DNA from: Geosiphon pyriformis uo1
Taxonomy: Eukaryota > Fungi > Glomeromycota
Direction: 5' to 3'
NCBI GenBank assembly: GCA_016748015.1
Contig: JAAOMT010000283.1
Span: 66,108 to 130,107, forward strand
DNA length: 64,000 nucleotides
Shown here: in pieces, positions 10,844 to 20,951 of the stretch
Position numbering within the stretch: position 1 is the first letter of the stretch
Layout: every line of letters begins with the position of its first letter
Notes under the pieces: model-generated
The model's database searches: none
Seen by the model: the letters and a program-made list of their open reading frames with translations, nothing else
What the model was told of the DNA's origin: nothing
Position numbers and translations under genes: made by a program

Positions 10844-11674
10844 TGTTACTCATAAAAATATAGGAAATATAGTAGCATGATTATTAGCCAATCAGAAGTA
10901 GACATAGTAAAATGTGGAATTCCAGGATTTTCACACAAGGAATTGCAGAATTTCAGAATTTCAGGATTCCTCTTAAAGAAATTGTAGGATTCCAGGAATT
11001 ACAGGATTCCTGTCATGAAAAATCGAGGAATTGAGGAATCTCAATTATGTATATATAGCAGTAGCATTAGAAGCTGAAAAGACAGACCTTTTAGTTTAGA
11101 TTTGATCTAAACAACCTTTCAGTTTCCAATTATCAAATAAATAATTCTTTCATATCTCAATCCACTCTTCACTATCAACATGAAATGTTGATAGTAATTG
11201 ATACTTAACCATGCTGGAACAATAGCTCTTGATCACAGCTATTAATGGGATACTAACTTACCAAATTGCCTTGGCTTATTTTCATTATTATTATTTTTTT
11301 TATTTTTTTTTTCTTTCTTTGATTTTGTTGTACATACTAATTAATTGAGAATTAAAAGCATTGAGTTATTGACGTCATGGATAGCCTGGTAAAAAACCCA
11401 GAAATAAGGGTAGATTTATATAAATTATCGGTTAACTTACCAAAAGGGCACAACTGCCAGAATAAATCCGGCCACCAAGCTAAGAAAGAAATTGGAAAAA
11501 CAACTAACAACAAATAACGAATTGCCACACTATTGAATCTCTGTCCATTATACAAAGGATTCCATCAAAACCTTCAAATACAATTCTTTCAGAACATCAT
11601 TAACGGAAATAGCTTTTGAGCACCAAGTTACAGGTTTGTTATTTGACTTGAGACCCAAATAATCACTTGTAACA
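10844..11674 (+). repeat. 5' LTR of element 1
   Basis: Starts TGTTAC, ends TGTAACA; CCAAT, GGAATTCC-type subrepeats, TATATATAG at ~11050 and AATAAATAA at ~11136. Confidence 0.95.
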
Positions 11675-11676
11675 TT

Positions 11677-11693
11677 TGGTGCTTCCTGTGAAG
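11677..11693 (+). promoter_or_regulatory. Primer binding site (TGGTGCTTCCTGTGAAG; consensus TGGTGCTYCCTGTGAGG)
   Basis: Directly follows the 5' LTR and starts TGG (complement of tRNA CCA). The same motif follows LTRs at 51221, 53112 and (minus) ~34903-34919. Confidence 0.85.
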
Positions 11694-11736
11694 TATAATC
11701 CTACAGAGAACCAGCACCAATAAACACCATCCAAAA

Positions 11737-14700
11737 GTGGCAAAATCAGAAAATATAAGAGCAAACCATTTAGGATTCGCAAAATCTTTATTTCAACACT
11801 ATTGTCAATACTTGGGATTAAACCATAATCACATATTCACCAAATCAGCCTTCAATTTCTATGTCAACAAAAAGATTTCCTTTTTGTTAGGAACACCAGT
11901 GAATACTGAATCAGCAAGGGAAACTTTCTATAGAGAATTAATTCAAAACACCAACCTACCAATAAATCATAATTTTACATTCATCATTACTGAGATCAAC
12001 AAAGAAATTGAACATCACACCCAACAAAAATATCCAATTACATATGTCAGTAAAGGCAAAGAAAAACTACAAACACTAGCAATAACACCCAAAAAGATAC
12101 AACCACCTACTTGGAAGAAAAACAGAATTGAATCTCCAAGCAACCCATCCTACCACTATATACCTGGAAGTGCCATTAACATATCATCAACAGACACGTT
12201 CCCATCAACTGTGACATTAGCATTTGAATAATTCCCATTTCAAAGTAGACAAAGAAAAACAGAGTTATTAGGACCATATGGCGAATACTTTGAGAGATTT
12301 AATTCGCAATTACCAATTCCATCAGGACTTTGATCACTACCATCTCCACCAGATTTCGGAATTTCTGATCTATGGGAAGTAACAAAATCAGAAAAAGAGG
12401 AAGAAGAATCAGAAGATCAAGAATTCACTTACCAGCAACTGACCACTGAAAACCTGGAAGTAAAAATCCCAAATCTTTAAACTCAGCAAAATCTAAATCT
12501 AGAAAATTCAGAAATCAAAACTCCGAATCATCAAAGGCAGAACAATCCAAACCCCGAATTAATTAATCAGCAAAACTTACCTCCAGTAATCGTCATCAAT
12601 CAACTGCTGATTAATCCAATAGCTGAACCCATACAGCAGTCACTTCAACTACTACTCCAACAACCAGCACAACAATAACTGCTTCAACAGCCATCACAAC
12701 CACCCAACTTAGATCCAATGGCCTATGCACCAATTGCAAAACTTAACAACTTTACCGGCAAAAAAGACAACACTTAAATATGGCTAAATAATATAGAAAA
12801 GACCATTGCAGCCAACAGATAGAATGACACCCGAGCAATGCAAGCCATTCTCTACTTTCTCAAGGATACTACCAATTCATGGTATTAGAGCTTGATTAAT
12901 AAACCACAAGATTTCAATGTTTTCAAAGTGAAATTTCTAAGATACTTCAGCAACAATAACAGCATTAATCACCTAGTCAACACATTCACCACTATAAAAC
13001 AAGAAGAAACTAAAGCAGTCACCACTTACCTGGGACGCTTCCATCGAAATCTACACCAAATTCAAGCAATTGATGCCAACTATTTCACAGCACCACAGAT
13101 CCTTAACCAGTTTATTCATGGCTTATGCAGCAGCATCTTGTAACATGTATGTCTGTTGTATCTAGGCACACTTTAAGATGCAGTCACATGTGCCAGAGAT
13201 TTTGAATCTGCTGAGTCAAAGGCCAACCATGTTCAAGCCATTAATCTAGTAATGAACAGATCATCTGAATTGGATTCCAAATTGGAGAAGTTCAGTGAAT
13301 CAATTAATAAGAGATTAGAAGGATACTTAGCTGACAATTATGTTATTTATTAGTCTCTACAATAATATAATAATCAAAAAAACTTTAATCGTGGCCAAAA
13401 TTAACCACATTCATCTTCATTAACCAATCAACAGTGGCAACAAGAAATGCGTATCTGCTACTATTGTGGTAAACAAGGACATATTTAAATTGACTGCCAT
13501 TAACGTTTAAATAACCAACAATTGGAAAATTAATATCAAAACCCCAATCACCAGTTCTCAATTCTGAATCATCAATCAAATTCCACACAATATCAACACT
13601 TATCTCATTATGCACCAATGACACAACAATCAATTTATCAACCACCAGTATATCAAGCTCCAATTTATCAACCAACGGCCCCAATTTATCAGCCACAGGT
13701 AATATATCAACCACAACCGCCAACAATCTATCAACCCCAAACGATTCAGACACCACCACAAAACTTACCTGCCAGTAGAGTCCAAAGACCGAGAATCACA
13801 CAGCAAAACTGGAAATTGTCGATGGTAGTTCATTAGCTGATCCCCAGCTCTTCCAGTCAACAAACAAGATCTCGTCAATGGAATTTGGGCACCAGTCATT
13901 CCCAAAACCCAAATTCCCAGAACTATTTAAGTCTCCTGGTTACCCCAGAAGACGCCTTACCCAGCAACCAGGAACTCACCCAAAAACAACAAACACTTAC
14001 CAGCAATATTCCACCAGCAACAGTCACCAATGACAAATCACTAGCCACTATCTTCCCATTTGAGATTGAAGAGCCGTCAAGTATCCCATTATTTAGTGGA
14101 GCTGTTTTCAATAAAAAACCCATCACCACAATGTACATAGATGCTAAAGTTGATGGTCAATCCATCAAATTGATCCTTGATAGTGGTTCAGCAGACAGTA
14201 TCATCACACAACAACTCATGGACCAATTAGGTCACTGAGTTGATCGAGCTACCAGCACCAGAATCATTAAAGCTGATGGAGTGACCAAAACTCCAATCAG
14301 CAAAATTGACGACTTCCCTTTTGAAGTCAATGGCATCGTGACTCCCATTAAAGTTTTAGTAATGGAAGCCACTTAATACTAAGCTCTAATTGGTAATGAC
14401 TGGCTGTCCAAAGTCAACGCAACGTTAAACTGGAACACCCAGGAACTCCAGCTAACATATTAGGGCCAACACATATGTGTACCAGCCATATGTGGCCATT
14501 TTAAGACTCTTTCAAGAGAGAAATTATTGATCAAACTGGAGGAGAAGAAAGAAAAACCTACCTGAGAAGCTTACCAAGTCTCCTGGGCCAATGCTGACCA
14601 CAATAAACTACCACCCATACTCTCATGGGATGACAAAGGAAAGAGAAAAGAAGAAAAAGAACTTACTTGGGGAACAAACCAAGGATTGTGGAGTAACAAC

Positions 14701-17700
14701 GGCTGAAGCAAACCAGCCACTGAATGAAATTGGAAAGAAAAGGAAAAAGGAACAGGAAGGAGAACCAAAACAAACCACTTCCTCCACTTATATTCCATAC
14801 TTGACACAACCTCAAAACACTTACCATTGACCCAAACTCATATGTATCAGTTGTGGCAAAAAACTGTCAACAATGGGCACATGCTGTAGTAAGGACAAAA
14901 AATAGACAACAGCAACCGAGTACTACTGTTGCCTATGCATTCTTGAACGTGATGAACGGCCGCCAAAAATAGGAAAATGGGATGATACCTTGTGTTTAGC
15001 TTGTAGAGATACCCTCTTAGATGAAGGGATGTGGAAAGACATTCCTGGAAGAAGAGGAGCATGCAACAAGACATGCCAATACACCATTCTGATCAATGAC
15101 TGGGTATGAAAGAGAACTCTCATCAACGATGCCTGGAAGCGAGCATTAAGATGCTTGGAAGGATACCCACATAACGAAGATGAGATTTGGAGAATAGCAT
15201 ATGCTATGTCAGAAGACACTACAACAAAGAAGCTGAAAAAAATTAAAAACAACTCACTATCTCTACCTGAACCTAAATATGTCCAAACTTTCGATGTCTT
15301 TGGTGACATCAAAAATGATCCGGAAGAATTTCATGAACACTACTAAAACTTGGCACCCACTAGAGAGGAGCAAGAACAACAGCTAGCACAGTTGAATACA
15401 AGATTGTGTCACCATTGTTTAATTTCCAGTGACTTTGAATATTGTAACAATTGTGACCTCATTTACAATCCACCATCATGCATGATCTACATGATCCCCA
15501 AAGAAGAAAAACCAATCAGCAGCTGTGCATCAGAGTTGGAATCACTATTTGATCCCAATTCAAACCTTAATAATGACGATGACGAAAATAATGGTTCCAG
15601 CTCTATTCAAAATGGCAATAACAATAACAACAATATCAACTCAGATTCAAACTCTGACTCAAACTATGAACAATATATTGCACTTCCTGATCTTACCAAG
15701 GAACAAGAACTGAAATGGTTCAGCAATAATAATAAAGGTATTATGCCAGAACGCATGCATGATACTGATGCAAGATTTGATCTGAGATATCCAGAAACAG
15801 AAGCCATCAAATTGGAACCACATACACACACCTGCATCGATTTAAAAATAGCACTGGAAATTCTAGCAACAACAATGGTTTAATTAACATCTAGGAGTAG
15901 TTTAGCAAAAAGAGGGATTAATATAAGAGAAAGAATAATTGATGCGGAATATGTAGGAAATATCATTGCCATGCTACAAAACAATTCAGAAAAGGCCTAT
16001 ATAATAGAGCCAAATAAAAAGATAGCACAGGCAATATTCTTACTGTTGGTTAAGATAGCTTAGTTAGTACCAGTAGGAAATAGGGAAGAGTTAGGAATAA
16101 CAGCAAGAGGAATACAGAGATTTGGGTCAATGAGTAGAATAGATGTACTAGTTAATATGGCAGAGGAAGAAATTGTTGGCCAAGGAAAAATTATCTCAAC
16201 TGGTCAAGCTATTTCTATTCCACTATATAGCCAGTATATGCTAGCAATAGAAAGGAAAAAAAAAGAGCAAGAACAGATTTTTGAAGCTGAAGCAAACCTT
16301 TGTGAATCAGGAAAAATTGGACTGATCAATCTTCACATATTAGCCAAAAGCTATAGCCACATAAAAATTTCCATCTACAACAATATTGGCAATGTCATCA
16401 ACATACCAGAAGGAACCATCATTGGATATTTAACCACAGAAATAAAAGACCAACTACCAAACCTCATTCCAGACTTTCCACAACTTTGTAGATATGTTGA
16501 CATCACATCACAAACAATCTATGGACGAGATGAATGTTATTTACTCTAACCAGAACAATTGAAACAAATGAACATAGGAAACTTAGATTCACTCCAACAT
16601 ATGCAGCTCAAGATGTTGCTTAACAATTTCAAGGACATCTTTGCCAGTAAAAATGAGTTTGGCCGAACTGATATCATCCAGCATCAGATCAAACAAAGAG
16701 CATACAGAGTGCCGCCAGCCAGCCACGAGATCATTTATTAAGAGATAAACTGAATGCTGGACAATGGGCTAATTCAACCATCAATGAGCCCATGGTCATC
16801 ATTAATAGTACTTGTCCATAAAAAGAATAGAAAAATCTGATTTTGTGTAAACTACAGAAAACTTAACAGTATAACTTGTGGAGACAGCTATCCAACTCCA
16901 TGAATACAAGAATTATTTGACACTTTTGGTGGGAACAAATGGTTTTCAACATTAGACTTAGACAGTGATTATTGGCAAATAGCCATGAATCCAGCTGACA
17001 AAGAAAAGACAGCATTTACCACCAAAAAAGGGAATTTTGAATTTGAAGTGATGCCATTCGGCTTAACTAATGCTCCAGCCACTTTCCAATGGCTAATAGA
17101 AATTGTTTATACTGGCTTATTGTGGAAATCAGTAGTTATATATTTGGATAACACCAATGTATTCTTAAAAACATTTGATAATCATCTTTATCATCTTCAA
17201 CAAGTGTTCGAAAGACTAAGAAGAGCAGGACTAAAGTTAAATGCAACAAAGTGCTTCTTTGGCAAGACAAAATTAAAATTCTTGGGACACATAGTTAGTA
17301 AAAATGGCATCAAAATGGATCCAAAGAAAATAGAGATAGTAAAAAACTTTCCAATACCAACCAATGTGACTGAATTGAAATCATTCTTGGGATTTGCAAG
17401 CTATTATTGATGCTTTATAAAAAACTTTTCAAAGATAGCTCAACTGCTCAATAATCTGCAAATCAAGAATACCAAATATGAATGGACAGAAAGTCAACAA
17501 GAAGCTTTTGATATTCTGAAAAGAAAGCTCATTTAAGCTCTAGTACTGATCTATTCAGATCACAACAAACCATTCATCATTACCACTGATGCATCAGACC
17601 AAGCATTGGGAGCAGTATTATCTTAGAAGGGACCAGATGGCAGAGAACATCCAATAACTTATGCCAGCTGAGATCTAACACCAGCCAAAAAAAACTATAG

Positions 17701-17944
17701 AACACCAGAACTAGAACATTTGGCAATCTATTGGGCAGTTATGAAGTGAAATGAATACTTGAGCCAAAAGTTTAATATATACACAGATCATAAAAGATTA
17801 ACATCACTTCAAAAGCAAGAATGCGATGATAGCTGCCAATCCAGATAGAAAATGGCACTCTCATGATATACTTATACTATACACTATAAGAAAGGAAAAG
17901 ACAACAAAAATGTTGACAGTTTGTTGCAGATAAAACAAATCTAA
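11737..17944 (+). pseudogene. Element 1 ORF1: Gag (zinc knuckle) - aspartic protease - Cys-rich region - dUTPase - RT - RNase H
   Basis: CYYCGKQGH (~13455), LILDSGS (~14170), RFDLRY..SRSSLAK..IDAEYVG..IAQAIF..RGIQRFGS (15752-16129), MPFGLTNAPATF and YLDN, TTDASDQALGAVL. Many C>T stops. Confidence 0.93.
15752..16129 (+). pseudogene. dUTPase domain inside the retroelement polyprotein
   Basis: All five trimeric dUTPase motifs are recognisable. The copy at 57181-57558 reads AGFDL / SRSSLAKKG / IIDTGY / KIAQAIF / RIQGFGS. Confidence 0.92.
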
Positions 17945-18010
17945 AAAAAACATTTCAAATCCAAAAATATAACAAAACCAGAACAATATCAATGAAAAAT
18001 ACAACAGAAG

Positions 18011-19383
18011 ATGAACATACAAAAATATCAACAAATTCAACATTATATAACCACTCAACAGTTTAAAGAGAATTTATCTCAAATAAATATCAAACAACAA
18101 TCAAAATATTTTATCACTTACCAAAATATACTTTATCGGAAAAATAAAAGGAATCCAGATCAACCAACCAGAGTAATTACAGAGCCAGAAAAGAGACAAT
18201 ATTATTCAACATGTACTCAAATCCAACAACAGGACATTTTCACAAAGAAGCAACCATAGAAAGAACCAGAAAGAGATACTATTGGCCATCAATGTATCCA
18301 AACATCATTCAATATGTTCAAAATTGTGATGCTTGTCAGCAAAGAGGAGGAACAAGACCCAGTAAACCATTAAGACTAATCAAGGTGAGACAACTATTTG
18401 ACCATATTGGAATTGATTTAGTCGGATCATTAACAATCAACAGCAGAGGAAACAGATACATAGCAGTAGCTATGAACTATCTCAGTAAATGACCAGAGGC
18501 AAAAGCAATTCAAAGAGCAGATGCAGAATCCATTGCCAAATTTGTTTATCAGAATTTGATATGTCGACATAGATATCCAAAAAAATTATTATCAGATCAA
18601 GGAACTCACTTTGTGAACAAAACACTAGTAGAATTGAGCCAAAGATTCGGAATTAAGAGACCACTATCATCACCATACCATCCATAAACCAATGGATTAG
18701 TTAAAAGATTCAACAAAACATTGTGTGAAGCAATAGCTAAGCTCAGCCAAAAAAACCAGAACAATTGGGATTTGTTTATACTATTAGTACTATTTGCTTA
18801 TTGGACAATAAAACAAGATACAACACAAGCAACACCATTTGAATTAGTGTATGGGAAAACAGCAACATTACCAGTAGAAAGAGAAATTAATACATATCCA
18901 GCTGAACCAATAACAGAAGAGAATTTTCAAGAAACATTGCTGAGAAGAACATATGACTTAATGGAAACATTGGAAAACAAACAAAGAAGAGCAGCTAATA
19001 ATATTCAAAAGTCACAAGAAAAACAGAAAAAAAGACACAATAGTCAACTACCAGACAAACCAGTTGAATTCAAGATTGGAAACAAAGTACTCTTATATCA
19101 TACCAAAGTGGAAAAATAATAGAATAGAAAATTCGACCCCAAATGGGATGGACCATTTCACATAGAAGAAATTCTAGGAAATAGAGCTTACAAGTTAAGA
19201 CTGGACAACAAAATCTTAACCAAAGCAGCACATGGAGATCAACTAAAACCATACCACAACACTACACCACCATCCACCAATAATATTCCACAATTAGAAG
19301 TACAGGGAATACTAGTCCAACCAGATGAGATTCCATAAGATCTGAAACTAATCATTATTATTGACAACAACACATTAAATTGA
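18011..19383 (+). pseudogene. Element 1 ORF2: integrase (HHCC, DDE core, GPF module; no chromodomain)
   Basis: MNIQKYQQ...GHF...CDACQ...IGIDLVG...SDQGTHF...YHP.TNGLVKRFN...KWDGPF; ends NTLN* at 19383. Confidence 0.9.
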
Positions 19384-19438
19384 TCCATTAAAAAGAATAT
19401 ATAAAGACATGATAAACATGACAGAAAATATCAGAAAA

Positions 19439-20068
19439 ATAAAAATTACAGACAACATTCACTCACTAGCACAACAACTTTTTTAATTGATCCAACACCA
19501 AAAAATGAAGATTACAATCAATCAACAAACCATTTGATATCAAGATACCAGAAAGATATTACAACACAGAAGACAAAAAAAACCAGAAAATACCATCGAC
19601 AAAATTATTACAAAAGTAAAATTGGCAATAAAAAAATTGACAAAAGAGTCAATATATCAGGAGTTAACTAAGAAAACTTGGAATTGGTGGACACAACAAT
19701 TTCCAAGAAACTATTGTTATTTTTACTTGGGACAACACGTAAATATCCAGAATTTATATACAGATAAAACAAAGCAGTTATTCAACACAACAATACTACA
19801 ACAACTAGAACATTTTGTGGGAAAAAATAACTTATCTACACAAGCTTGAGCTATATACTGAATACACACAGCATTTCAGGATCGACCAGAAATCTTACTC
19901 AACAAAGCAATGGATACGATTATCAGTAATCAATTGAGAAAGATCACCAATGCTCAATTTGAAGAATTACAAACTCAAATAACACAAGTAATTATCGAAA
20001 ACAAAATCCAGGAGATACTTCAAGAGGGGGAATTAAAAGAGTTGGATTTCAACAGAGCTCAATATTAA
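19439..20068 (+). pseudogene. Element 1 ORF3, 210 codons, unknown function
   Basis: Colinear homologues at 26754-27383(-) (ATG intact, MEITDKIHSL) and 60866-61501(+); the stop abuts the PPT. Confidence 0.75.
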
Positions 20069-20081
20069 AAAGAGGGAATAA
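20067..20081 (+). promoter_or_regulatory. Polypurine tract
   Basis: AAAAAGAGGGAATAA immediately before the 3' LTR. Confidence 0.85.
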
Positions 20082-20951
20082 TGTTACTTATAAAAATATA
20101 GAAAATATAGTAGCATGATTATTAGCCAATCAAAAGTAGACATAGTAAAATGTGGAATTCCAGGATTCCTTTCAGGAATTACAGGATTCTAGGAATTACA
20201 GGATTCTCACACAAGGAATTGCAAAATTCCAGAATTCTAGGATTCTTCTTAAAGGAATTGCAGGATTCCAGAAATTTCAGGATTTCTGTCATGAAAAATT
20301 GAGGAATTGAGGAATCTTAATTATGTATATATAGCAGTAGTATTAGAAGCTAAAAAGACAGACCTCTTAGTTTAGATTTGATTTAAGCAACCTTTCAGTT
20401 TCCAATTATTAAATAAATAATTCTTTCATATCTCAATCTACTCTCCACTATCAACACTTCATGTTGATAGTAATTGATACTTAACCACGCTAGAATAATA
20501 GCTCTTGATCATGGCTATTGACAGGATACTAATTTACCAAATTGCCTTGGCTTATTTTCGTTATTGTTATTTTCTTTATTTTATTTTTTTCTTTCTTTGA
20601 TTTTGTTGTGCACACTAATTGATTGAGAATTAAAAGCGCTGAGTTATTGATGTCACAGATAGCCTGGTAAAAGACCCAGAAATAAGGGTAGATTTATATA
20701 AATTATTGGTTAGCTTATCAGAGACACAACTGCCAGAATAAATCCAGCCACCAAGCTAAAAAAGAAATTGGGAAAACAACTGACAACAAACGACAAATTG
20801 CCACACTATTGAATTTCTGTTCATTATACAAAGAACTCCATCAAAACCTTCAGATACAACCCTTTCAGAACATCATCAATGGAAATAGCTTTTGAGCACC
20901 AAGTTATGAGTTTGTTATTTGACTTGAGATCCCAAATAATTACTTATAACA
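20082..20951 (+). repeat. 3' LTR of element 1
   Basis: Homologous to 10844-11674 with ~38 bp of extra U3 subrepeats. Confidence 0.95.

Larger units (their letters stand above)
10844..20951 (+). mobile_element. Full-length Ty3/Gypsy-type LTR retrotransposon, family A, element 1 (decayed); TSD CCAC
   Basis: LTRs 10844-11674 and 20082-20951 (TGTTAC...TAACA); CCAC on both flanks; PBS, PPT, and gag-PR-dUTPase-RT-RH then IN order. Confidence 0.97.

Noticed and set aside
11352-11555. Antisense ORF in the LTR U5 (also 35013-35237, 62091-62324)
   Set aside because: Frame and length not conserved between LTR copies; the 35013 ORF crosses an insertion junction.
13385-13759. Hydrophobic antisense ORFs over gag (also 32899, 41958, 54932)
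   Set aside because: Shadows of the CAA/CCA-rich Q/P repeat on the sense strand.
17138-17155. YLDN catalytic variant of RT in elements 1 and 2
   Set aside because: Explained by parallel CpG decay of GAC-GAC; element 4 retains YLDD.
19439-20068. ORF3 as a retroviral envelope gene
   Set aside because: Too short, with no signal peptide or transmembrane segment.
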